Shown here: positions 33,113 to 41,653 of the stretch, piece after piece
Layout: each line of letters begins with the position of its first letter
Position numbering within the stretch: position 1 is the first letter of the stretch
Assembly: GCA_965215505.1 (NCBI GenBank)
Contig: OZ244065.1
Span: forward strand, 3,136,001-3,200,000
DNA: 64,000 bases
Direction of reading: 5' to 3'
Source of the DNA: Capsulimonadaceae bacterium
Lineage (GTDB): Bacteria > Armatimonadota > Armatimonadia > Armatimonadales > Capsulimonadaceae
Position numbers and translations under genes: made by a program
The notes under the pieces: generated by a model
What the model was told of the DNA's origin: nothing
What the model saw: only the letters and a program-made list of their open reading frames with translations
The model's database searches: none

Positions 33113-33601
33113 ATGAAAGAAAGCACACTCACCTCGGAAGAGCGGCGGGACGCCATCACGGCCGCCGCCGACGACAAGAAGGCCAACTACATCACGGCCC
33201 TGGACCTGCGCGGGAAGACGGTCATCGCCGACTTCTTCATCATCTGCTCGGGCACCTCCAACATCCACATCCGCTCGGTCGCCGACGGCATCATGGAGGC
33301 CATGGAGAAGCGCGGCATCCGGCAACGGCGCATTGAGGGCTACAGCGAGGCCACCTGGGTCCTGCTGGACTACGGCGACAACATCGTCCACGTCATGTCC
33401 GAGGAGCAGCGCTCCTTCTACGGGCTGGAGAAGCTCTGGACCGGACAGGCCCCCCCGGAGCGCGAGCCGGACCGGCTTGAGGGCATGGGGGTCGGCGAGT
33501 TCGAAGAGGACGAGGAAGACGACCTCGACGAAGACGACCTAGAGGACGAAGACGAGGACGAGGAAGACGACGCGGAGGCGAGTCATGGCCGCGCCGCCTG
33601 A
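33113..33601 (+). CDS. rsfS: ribosome silencing factor RsfS (Iojap) with acidic tail
   Basis: DKKA....LDL....IADFFIICSG.S..HIRS...WVLLDYGD..VHVM..EQR.FY.LEKLW. Confidence 0.93.
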   Translation: MKESTLTSEERRDAITAAADDKKANYITALDLRGKTVIADFFIICSGTSNIHIRSVADGIMEAMEKRGIRQRRIEGYSEATWVLLDYGDNIVHVMSEEQRSFYGLEKLWTGQAPPEREPDRLEGMGVGEFEEDEEDDLDEDDLEDEDEDEEDDAEASHGRAA

Positions 33602-34298
33602 CCCGGCCGCCCCCGACCCGGCTTCGCCCGGCGCGGCCCTGCCCGCCGGCCCGCGCCCCCCGGCGCGTCCGGCCCCGACCCGCCCCAAGCGCGATTACGC
33701 GGCGGAGGAGGAAGCCGGGCGGCGGCTGACGAACGCCCACATCCAGTTCCGGCGCGGGCTGACGTCCGAGGCGGAAGCCTCCGTCGGGGCGATCCTGGCG
33801 GAACGGCCCGCCGACGCCGCCGCGCACGAGCTGCTGGGCGACGTCCTGGCCGCAAAAGGCGATTGGGAGGCGGCGGGGGCATCGTATCAGGCCGCGCTGA
33901 CCCACGAGCCGGGCCGGGCCTCGGCGGAGACGAAGTTTGGCACGGCGACACTGCGCCGGGCGGAGCGGGAGCGGCAGGAGAAGCTGGGCGTCTCCTATGC
34001 CGCCGCCGACACGGCGATGGTGCGGCGCGAAGGCGGGGCACGCGGCGCGTGGCCGGTCATCCTGGGGTCTTTGATCTGCCCCGGCCTGGGCCAAGTGGTC
34101 CAGGGGCAGACGGTCAAGGGTGCCATCCTCATCGGCATCTTCCTGCTCGGCCTGCTCCTCCTGGCCTGGCTGCCGCACGGCGGTTCGGGCCGCTCCTACT
34201 TCGGCCCCGCCTTCTGGCTCGTCACCGCCCTGATGACCGCCGACTGGCTTTATGCCGTCGCCGACGCCGTCCAAGCCTCGTCGCGCAAACAGGACTGA
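33585..34298 (+). CDS. TPR-like membrane protein
   Basis: TPR-like AHELLGDVL..KGDW..A...Y..AL. SLICPGLGQ followed by three TMs. Confidence 0.7.
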   Translation: MAAPPDPAAPDPASPGAALPAGPRPPARPAPTRPKRDYAAEEEAGRRLTNAHIQFRRGLTSEAEASVGAILAERPADAAAHELLGDVLAAKGDWEAAGASYQAALTHEPGRASAETKFGTATLRRAERERQEKLGVSYAAADTAMVRREGGARGAWPVILGSLICPGLGQVVQGQTVKGAILIGIFLLGLLLLAWLPHGGSGRSYFGPAFWLVTALMTADWLYAVADAVQASSRKQD

Positions 34299-34417
34299 CG
34301 AAGACCGACAAGGACCAGCCCCGCTGAAACAAAACCCCCTGTGAAACAAAACTCCCTGCCGGTTGTCTGAGAGGGCAACACAAGGAACGAACCCAAGACC
34401 GACAGGAGACAACTTCA

Positions 34418-35251
34418 TTGCAATCACGACAACGCCGGGCCGGGGTCTTCTCCGCCCCTACGGCCGCCCTGCTCGGGGCCGGGGCGGTCTTCGCCGCCCT
34501 CCTGAGCGCCGGGTGCGGCAGCAGCGGCAGCGACCCGACCGCCCGGCTCCGGGGCGTGGACCTCTCGCCGAACGCGGGCACGGCCGGCGTCCTGGGCAAC
34601 AGCTACGCGCTGGGCGGCGACCTCAACTTCGGGCAGGGCAGCCCCTACCTCTTCGCCGGGCAGGGCGTCTCGACCTTCGGGTACACGACCAGCACCAGCA
34701 CGCCGTCAACCGTCACAATCACTTTTCCGCCCTCCCCGACGCTGCAACTCAATAATAACTCTTTCTACACGGCCTACCTGATCGGCATCGCTGCCCTGCC
34801 GGACGTCAGCGTCGCCAAACCCGACCCGCGCCTCCTCCAGACCGTCGTGACCGGCGACAAGGGGGCGGCGGCCGGCTATACCGGGGGCGTGACCTACAGC
34901 GACCCGCCCGCCGGCTCGGCCAACCTGCGTGTACTCAACGGCGCACCCGACGCCGGCACGGTGGACGTGCTGATCAACGGCAAAGTCGCCTTCACGGCCG
35001 TCGCCTACCCCGCCTTCCCCACGCGGGCCGCCGCCACCGACACTTCAGACCCCGCTGTCACCCCGGTTACTCTGTACCAGGTCGTCCCCTCCGGCACACT
35101 CTCGGTGCAGGTGAACGCCACGGGGACATCCAAGGTGATCGTCCCGGCCACCAACGTCTCCGTCTCGTCCCTGAGCGCCTACACGCTCGTCGTCACGGAG
35201 CCGACGACCACGCCGACCTACGGGGTGTATACGTCGAGCGACCAGCCGTGA
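34418..35251 (+). CDS. DUF4397-like lipoprotein
   Basis: AGGAG RBS, TTG start, lipobox SAGC. ARLRGVDLSPNA and ANLRVLNGAPDAGTVDVLING. Confidence 0.75.
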   Translation: MQSRQRRAGVFSAPTAALLGAGAVFAALLSAGCGSSGSDPTARLRGVDLSPNAGTAGVLGNSYALGGDLNFGQGSPYLFAGQGVSTFGYTTSTSTPSTVTITFPPSPTLQLNNNSFYTAYLIGIAALPDVSVAKPDPRLLQTVVTGDKGAAAGYTGGVTYSDPPAGSANLRVLNGAPDAGTVDVLINGKVAFTAVAYPAFPTRAAATDTSDPAVTPVTLYQVVPSGTLSVQVNATGTSKVIVPATNVSVSSLSAYTLVVTEPTTTPTYGVYTSSDQP

Positions 35252-35964
35252 CGTAACCCCGCGACACCGCCAATGAATCCTAAGTCGCGCCGCTCCCCTG
35301 TTCGCGAAGGGTAATGCCTCAGACGAAAGCCCCCAACTCTGGACGAGAAATGGGGGCTTTTGCCTTATTTCATCTTCACTGCTATGAGTCTGCAAAAGGC
35401 ATCAAGGCGGCTTTGGCTGACATTTTGAAGTAGATTTTCAACTGTTTGTCTCACTTCAAGGGTGGTAACGCCTATTCCTCTTCTATCCTTGCGACTCCCT
35501 ACTGCGTCATGGCTCGGCTGTACGCACACAGCCGAACCAACAAAGGCAAAGATGACGGATTGCGGACGAAGATCGGACACGATTGCAGAAAATGTGTTGA
35601 TAGGGCAGAAATATGTTGACAACCGCCGAAGCGATATGGTAGCATAAGAATGTCGAAAACGACGGACCGGTATGGTAAGCCCGGTCACTCCTACCTCCCC
35701 GATAGGAGTTCTGCTTAACGCTTCTGCGTCAAGCCCACGACGATGCTACAAAGGCTTTATTGCGCCTAGTCATCGTCCGGTGGGCTGATCATGACGTGGG
35801 AGAAAACTCCTTTTCTTTCTCGCCTTTTCTTTCTCGCCTTTGACGGGTAACTACGTCCGTTCGGATGAAACCGCCGACAAAGCGTAAGTTTCTCCCCGAT
35901 GCAATCAAGCCTTCTTTGGCTGATGGCAGTGGACCGTCAGCCTGTCAAAAAAGAAGGGCTACGC

Positions 35965-36402
35965 ATGGAAAGTACAGGCATTGAAATCGCGAAGTGGATC
36001 GTGGCGGCAATCGCCGTGTTCAACGGCGGCGGGTACATCGCCGATGCCGTTGTCCCGTGGGGGGCGAAGCAGCACATCCACAACCCGCACTGGCCGCCGC
36101 ACGCCAAGTTCCACAACGGCCAGGGAATGCTTATGGGGATCGGTCTGGGGCTGCTCTCCCTGGTGACCCTGTTCGCGTTCCGACCACTGACGCTCCCCCT
36201 CTTCACTCTGGCGACGGCGACCGCCGGGCTGTACTTCGTCAGCATGCTCCTCGCGCCGCTATTCCCAGGGACCGGGTGGTCCGATCCCGAATTCAGGGCC
36301 GAAACGCCGACCCCTCTGGGCCTGCCTGCACAGAAGCTCGTGAGCATCGTCGTTTGCACGCTGCTCCTCGTCGCCCTCGGGATCGCTTACACAGTGAAGT
36401 GA
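35965..36402 (+). CDS. DUF6640-like membrane protein
   Basis: HIHNPHWPPHAKFHNGQ motif and four TMs. Confidence 0.7.
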   Translation: MESTGIEIAKWIVAAIAVFNGGGYIADAVVPWGAKQHIHNPHWPPHAKFHNGQGMLMGIGLGLLSLVTLFAFRPLTLPLFTLATATAGLYFVSMLLAPLFPGTGWSDPEFRAETPTPLGLPAQKLVSIVVCTLLLVALGIAYTVK

Positions 36403-36416
36403 AAAGGACGGATCAG

Positions 36417-37013
36417 ATGACTAATGCTAACAGCCGAACCGCCGACTATCCGATTGATCCGATGTTCCTGGCGCGCTGGTCGCCACGCGCGTTCACAGGC
36501 GAGCCGATCAGCGAGACGGATTTGCTGACCATGCTGGAGGCCGCACGGTGGGCGGCCTCCTCGTACAACGCGCAGCCGTGGCGCTTCATTTACGCGCGGC
36601 GCGACACGCCGCATTGGGACAAGTTCCTGGGCCTGCTCGTACCCCACAACCAAAGCTGGGCGAAAGAGGCCGCCGCGCTCATCATCCTGATCTCCCGGTC
36701 TTTGATGCGACTGCCAGGCGCGGACAAGGATGTGCCTTCGCCCACCCACTCCTTCGACACAGGCACCGCGTCCGGCTATTTCGCCCTTCAGGCCCACAAA
36801 ATGGGTTGGTTCACTCCCGGTATGGTCGGTTTTGACAGGGACCGCGCCTTTGCCAATCTCAACGTGCCCGAAGGTTACATGGTCGAGGCTGCGTATGCCG
36901 TTGGGCACCTGGGCGATCCGTCTCAACTGCCGGAGGCGCTACAGGCACGGGAGCAGCCGAGCGCACGCCTGCCGCTGACTCAACTCGCGTTTGAAGGCTC
37001 TTTCCGAGGATAA
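36417..37013 (+). CDS. nitroreductase family protein
   Basis: AAGGA RBS. RWSPRAF, EAARWAASSYNAQPWRF, SFDTG. Confidence 0.9.
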   Translation: MTNANSRTADYPIDPMFLARWSPRAFTGEPISETDLLTMLEAARWAASSYNAQPWRFIYARRDTPHWDKFLGLLVPHNQSWAKEAAALIILISRSLMRLPGADKDVPSPTHSFDTGTASGYFALQAHKMGWFTPGMVGFDRDRAFANLNVPEGYMVEAAYAVGHLGDPSQLPEALQAREQPSARLPLTQLAFEGSFRG

Positions 37014-37201
37014 CCTAAGCCCCTGGGGAGATAGCGCACGATATAGTAACGATCGAGCCTTCGATGAAGGATCAAAATAAGGTGAAAGCCCCTGCCTCTT
37101 GTCCAGAGGCGGGGGCTTTTTCATCGGTCTGTTCTCTGTCTCCTTACCCTTCCCTAACAGGGAAGGGTCGCGACTTAGGCTTTATTGGGGCTGTCGCGGG
37201 G

Positions 37202-38254
37202 TTAGGTCTTCATCGCAATCCCCACCAGCGCCCCCGCGTCTGCCGCACTCTTCGGCGGGCGCGGCAGGCGCTGGAGCTGCCAGTAGATGTCGTGTTCCAT
37301 TTTTTCGCCGTGACTCAGCGGGGCCAGCGGCCCGAGCAGCTCCATCTCGATGTACGCAGTCGCCCCGGCATTGGTGTAGACCTCGGCGGACGCCCCGCCG
37401 TCCGGGTAGAGAGCGCCGGGCCGGTAGGGGTAGTGTTCGGAGAACAGGACGGTGCCACCGTAGAGCGAGGCCATCCAGCCCGCTGCCGACCCCGACCCGA
37501 CCTTGTGAGACTTGGCGAGGTCGCGGGCGATCCGCAGCAGCCCCGCCTGCGTCGTGAAGTACGGGGCGGCGGGCACGTCGCCAGGGTCGCCCAGCACCGT
37601 GTATCCGGACGGTGACGACGCGCCGCCGGTCGGCAGGGGCAGGAAGACCGTGCCGTCGCCGCGCGTCTGCGTGATGGACCAGAGGCCGATGGGGAAGCCG
37701 TCATGCGCGCCCTGCGCGTCCGGGTCTTTCAGCAACGTCTGGGCGATGTAGAGGCGGGCCTCCCCCGGCTTCATCGTGATCGTCCGGGCGGCGCGGGCGG
37801 CGAAGGCGGTGCTGTCCGGCGTGCAGAGGCGGACGCCGCCGGGCACGTCCTGGGCGACCTCGGGGTCGCCGTCGAAGGCCTGGTCGGGGGGCCAGGCGCG
37901 CACGTTATGGTTTGCCCACTCGCTCTGCGGGGAGGGCCAGAGCTTGTCGCCGCCGAAGGCCGCCCAGGTGGCCGGGTCGGCGTCGGCGACCGTCTTGCCT
38001 TCCCAGTCTTTGTTGTCGAAGACCGGGCTTGTCTCGGGGTGCCCGGCGAACTGGAAGCTCATCACGCGCCCGATGGTCGGGACGATGACCGCCTCGACGA
38101 TGCCGTTGGAGAGCAGGACCGCCCCGGCCCAGCCGTGCCAGGTGAGGCGCGTGACGGTGACGGGCGGGGCGGCCTTTTTCGGGGCAGCGCCCGCCGCCTG
38201 GGCGGACAAGGCGAGGGCGGCGCAGAGGGCGGCGATCTTTCTCATGGGCCTCAT
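37202..38254 (-). CDS. exported DUF4380-like protein
   Basis: Signal peptide. LSNG.VEA.IVP.IGRVMSF, GGDKLWPSPQ, YIEMELLGP. ATGA overlap with the upstream gene. Confidence 0.7.
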   Translation of the reverse strand: MRPMRKIAALCAALALSAQAAGAAPKKAAPPVTVTRLTWHGWAGAVLLSNGIVEAVIVPTIGRVMSFQFAGHPETSPVFDNKDWEGKTVADADPATWAAFGGDKLWPSPQSEWANHNVRAWPPDQAFDGDPEVAQDVPGGVRLCTPDSTAFAARAARTITMKPGEARLYIAQTLLKDPDAQGAHDGFPIGLWSITQTRGDGTVFLPLPTGGASSPSGYTVLGDPGDVPAAPYFTTQAGLLRIARDLAKSHKVGSGSAAGWMASLYGGTVLFSEHYPYRPGALYPDGGASAEVYTNAGATAYIEMELLGPLAPLSHGEKMEHDIYWQLQRLPRPPKSAADAGALVGIAMKT

Positions 38255-39450
38255 GGGCGGCGGCTGGCGACCAGCATCTTCTTCCCCGCCTGTACGCCGT
38301 TCTTCTTGCGGCCCGCCTTCGGCTTCAGCCCGGCGGGATCGTTGTAGACCACCAGTGTCGCGCCGTCCAGCCGGTTCGTGTTGACGGACTTCGCTTCGGA
38401 GCGCGGCACGGCGAGCGTGTCGCGGTTGCCGTCGCTGACATACGGGGGGATGCGGCGCGAGGACAGCGCCTTGATGGCGCGCTCGACCCAGCCCGGCCCG
38501 GTCCCGATGCGGCTGACGCGGTCGGGGTCGAACTTCTTGTCCGTCCAGGAGCGGCTCGGCCCGCCCCAGGCCATCAGGATGCAGCGGTTGCGGTAGACGA
38601 TATTGCCCAGACGCCCGCGCAGCAGGTCGTTCCAGAGGGCGTGGTTCTTGGGGGCGGCCCCGCCCGGCAGGGCCATCGTGTCCATCGTCGCGCCGGGCGC
38701 GCGGTCCCGGACGTAGCGCTGGCACTCGGCCATCTCCCAGGTCAGCTCCGCCCCGGACAGGTGCGTCATCATGCGGTGCGTGGTCGAGTGGTTGGCGACC
38801 TCGAAGCCATCCGCGACCAGGGCGCGCAGCTTCTCGGTCTCTTTGCCGGGCTGCCAGAAGGGGACGGGGTTCCAGGCGGACTTGGGCAGGACGTAGAAGG
38901 TCCCCCGCAGCGGCCAGTCCGCGTGTTCCCGGTGGAAAGCCTCCAGGATGCCGACGGCGCAGTTCGGGTCAACCGTCCCATCCTTCAAATAATGGAACTG
39001 GCTGCCGCGCGCATCATCAAAGGTCAGCACGACCGGCGTCATGCCCGCGGGCGCGTCGATGTGCGAACTCAGCACGTCCCGCATGTTGACGGGATACCAG
39101 TGGGCGGCGTACATCAGGTCCAGGTGCTTGCGGAACGTCTCCGGCGCGATGTTCAGCCCCTGCGAGTCGTAGCGCGCCCCCCGGTGGGCGGGGGCACCGA
39201 TGGAGTGGTACATCAGGATAGGGATGCGCCCCGTCTCGTCGGCGCGCAGGGCCGCCAGTTGCGCGGAGGGGAGGGGCGGCTGGCCGGCGTGGGGCGGGGC
39301 GGAGTGGGCCACATGGCCGTGAGCGGCGGGGTTCACGGCGACGGCGTGGGGGTGGGCGAGGCGAACGGCGGCGACGCCGGTCACGAGCAGGCCCAGGCCG
39401 GCGAGGGCCACCGGGGCGGCGAGTTTTTTGGAAGGAACAGGGGGATTCAT
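38251..39450 (-). CDS. polysaccharide deacetylase (NodB/CE4)
   Basis: IPILMYH, VVLTFDD, FEVANHSTTH, ALPGG. N-terminal TM helix. Confidence 0.87.
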   Translation of the reverse strand: MNPPVPSKKLAAPVALAGLGLLVTGVAAVRLAHPHAVAVNPAAHGHVAHSAPPHAGQPPLPSAQLAALRADETGRIPILMYHSIGAPAHRGARYDSQGLNIAPETFRKHLDLMYAAHWYPVNMRDVLSSHIDAPAGMTPVVLTFDDARGSQFHYLKDGTVDPNCAVGILEAFHREHADWPLRGTFYVLPKSAWNPVPFWQPGKETEKLRALVADGFEVANHSTTHRMMTHLSGAELTWEMAECQRYVRDRAPGATMDTMALPGGAAPKNHALWNDLLRGRLGNIVYRNRCILMAWGGPSRSWTDKKFDPDRVSRIGTGPGWVERAIKALSSRRIPPYVSDGNRDTLAVPRSEAKSVNTNRLDGATLVVYNDPAGLKPKAGRKKNGVQAGKKMLVASRRP

Positions 39451-39640
39451 GCGCGGTCTCCGTTGATCATTGGGGCATTGTACCATAAGACCGGGAAACG
39501 TGCAAACGGATAAGACCAGCAAGGCGTGCCCCCAAGGGAGAGAAAATCGTGCCAGGGTTTTGTGCGGTTTTGCGGCGCGGCGGCCAGTCTAGGGCAGGGA
39601 ACGCCTCGGGAGGGGACGGAACGGGAGGGGATGGGAGAGG

Positions 39641-41605
39641 ATGAACTCGTTACGGGACGATCAATTGCTGCGCCGCTGGGCCGAGAGCCGGTCGCAGGCG
39701 GCATTCTCTGAACTTGGGCGGCGCCATGCCAGGATGGTTTACGGCGTCTGCCTGCGCGAGATCGGCAGCCACGACGAGGCCGAGGACGCCGCGCAGGCGG
39801 TGTTCCTGCTGCTGGCGCAGAAAGCGCCTCTGCTGCGGAAGGAGGGGGCCTTGACCGGCTGGCTGTTCCGGGCGGCGCGGCTCGTGTCGCGCGGCGCGCT
39901 ACGCCGGCAGCGGCGGCGGGTCCGGCGTGAGGCGCAGGCGGACCGCGAGCTGCGCCTCCAGGCCGACTCGAGCGGCGAGAACGCGCTCTGGGAGGAGGTC
40001 GAGCCGCTCCTCAATGACGCCCTCGCCCGCCTGAAGTCCACCGAACGCGAGATCGTGTTGCTGCGCCATTTTGAGGGGCACACGCTGGCCGAGATCGGCG
40101 CGGCCTTCAGCGTCCCGGAGAACACGGCCCGAATGCGGGTCGCCCGCGCCGTGGAGAAGGTGCGCGTTTCCCTGTCCAAAGCGGGCGTCGCGGTGCCCCT
40201 GACCGCCCTCACCCTGCTGCTTTCGGAGCGGGGGGCGCGTTCCGCACCGGAGGCGCTGACTCAGGCGATCTCCCGCATCGCCGTCGGCCCCGCCGCGCCG
40301 CCGACCTCCGGAAGCGCGGCACGGGCGGCACAACTCGCAAAAGGAGCTAATCGGACGATGATACTCTCAACACTGAAGACAATCAGCGCCATCATTTGCG
40401 TCTTCATAATGACGGCTTTCCTGGGCGTGACGGCGCAGAAGGCCCTCACGCGCCAAGCGCCCACGCCGAACGCGCCCGCCCTTTCCGAATCCCGCGCCGA
40501 GGCGCTGCTGACGGAGGTGGCCGCCGCCGTCCGGCAGACCCACTCGCTCGCCTGCGTCTGCGACAAGATCAGCCGTGACCCCGGCACCGGGCGCGTCGAA
40601 CACCGGCAATACCTCGTAAGCCTGCTCCGGCCCAATCTCGTGCGCGTGGACCGGTATCTGATCCGCGCGGGCGGAGGGCGGGAGCGGCTCGTCAGTCTGC
40701 TCTCGGACGGCAAAACGCGCCGGACGCTTCTGCTCGACAACCGGACGGAGGACGAAGCCGCCGCAGCGAACGGGGGGAACGTCGGCCTGCTGCTGCCCGA
40801 CCCCCTCTACGACTTTTACGCGCCGGAAAACTCCTACAAGGAACTGGTACGGCAGGCCCATGCCGACGGGACGTTCGCGGGGCTGACGCTCGACGCGCCG
40901 GAAGAGTGGGAGGGGACGACCTACCGAGTGGTGACGTTCACCAAGGCGGTCCAGGCGGGCGACAAAGCGCATCTCTATAGGAATCGCATGTTCGTCGGCG
41001 CGGACACCCTAGTACACCGCCTCACCGTCACGGACGGCGCGGGCGTCCTGCTCGACGACATCGGGCTGCGCGCCGTGCGCGTCAACGCGCCGCTCCTGCC
41101 CTCCGACTTCACTTACACGCCGCTGCCGGTCCTGCCGCCCGCGAGGCCGGCCGCCCCCGCCCTGCTGCCCGTGGGCGCGGTCGCGCCGGACTTCACGCTC
41201 ACGGGAAGCGGGGGCGGGCCGGTCTCGCTCGCCGGCCTGCGCGGCAAGACCGTCATCCTGGACTTCTGGGCAACCTGGTGTCAGCCCTGCCTGGCGTCGC
41301 TGCCGGACCTCAACCGGGTCGCCGCCCGGCGCGGGCCGGGGGGCGTCATCGCGCTGGCCGTCAACGTGTCCGACACGCAGGCCGCGTTTGACCGGTGGGT
41401 CCCGCGCCACCCGCAGTACGGCGCGGTGCGCTTCGCGATCGACCCCCGCACGGACGGGAAGGATGTCGCCACTGTCCTTTACCATGTCAGCGGCCTGCCC
41501 ACGCAGTACGTCATCGGCCCGCAGGGGAAGGTCGTGGCCGTGTTCGTCGGCTATAACCCGTCTACGAAGGAACTGGGAGACGCGCTGGATCGGGCGGCGA
41601 AGTAG
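39641..41605 (+). CDS. ECF sigma factor fused to TM, LolA-like domain and TlpA-type thioredoxin
   Basis: sigma2 (AEDAAQAVFLLL...GWLFR), sigma4 (EREIVLLRHFEG.TLAEIG...ENTARMRV.RA), TM helix, then APDFTL...ILDFWATWCQPC. Confidence 0.85.
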   Translation: MNSLRDDQLLRRWAESRSQAAFSELGRRHARMVYGVCLREIGSHDEAEDAAQAVFLLLAQKAPLLRKEGALTGWLFRAARLVSRGALRRQRRRVRREAQADRELRLQADSSGENALWEEVEPLLNDALARLKSTEREIVLLRHFEGHTLAEIGAAFSVPENTARMRVARAVEKVRVSLSKAGVAVPLTALTLLLSERGARSAPEALTQAISRIAVGPAAPPTSGSAARAAQLAKGANRTMILSTLKTISAIICVFIMTAFLGVTAQKALTRQAPTPNAPALSESRAEALLTEVAAAVRQTHSLACVCDKISRDPGTGRVEHRQYLVSLLRPNLVRVDRYLIRAGGGRERLVSLLSDGKTRRTLLLDNRTEDEAAAANGGNVGLLLPDPLYDFYAPENSYKELVRQAHADGTFAGLTLDAPEEWEGTTYRVVTFTKAVQAGDKAHLYRNRMFVGADTLVHRLTVTDGAGVLLDDIGLRAVRVNAPLLPSDFTYTPLPVLPPARPAAPALLPVGAVAPDFTLTGSGGGPVSLAGLRGKTVILDFWATWCQPCLASLPDLNRVAARRGPGGVIALAVNVSDTQAAFDRWVPRHPQYGAVRFAIDPRTDGKDVATVLYHVSGLPTQYVIGPQGKVVAVFVGYNPSTKELGDALDRAAK

Positions 41606-41653
41606 GGAGCGGCGGGATGGTAGGGCGATTCGTCGGGTACAATAACCGTACCC

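Larger units (their letters stand above)
35254..37204. mobile_element. non-autonomous element with long imperfect terminal inverted repeats
   Basis: 35254-35361 is the reverse complement of 37084-37204 (TAACCCCGCGACA..CAAT.AA.CCTAAGTCGCG..CCCTGTT..GAAGGGTAA..AAAGCCCCC..CTCTGGAC.AGA..GGGGCTTT). Interior is AT-richer. Confidence 0.72.

Noticed and set aside
35254-35300. Tn3-family inverted repeat or attC at the element ends
   Set aside because: The ends read ACCCC inward rather than GGGG, there is no 5-bp duplication, and there is no proper RYYYAAC/GTTRRRY pairing.
39539-39554. sigma54-like TGGCACGATTTT (also 54129-54143)
   Set aside because: Both lack the -12 GC, and the second lies inside a palindromic repeat.
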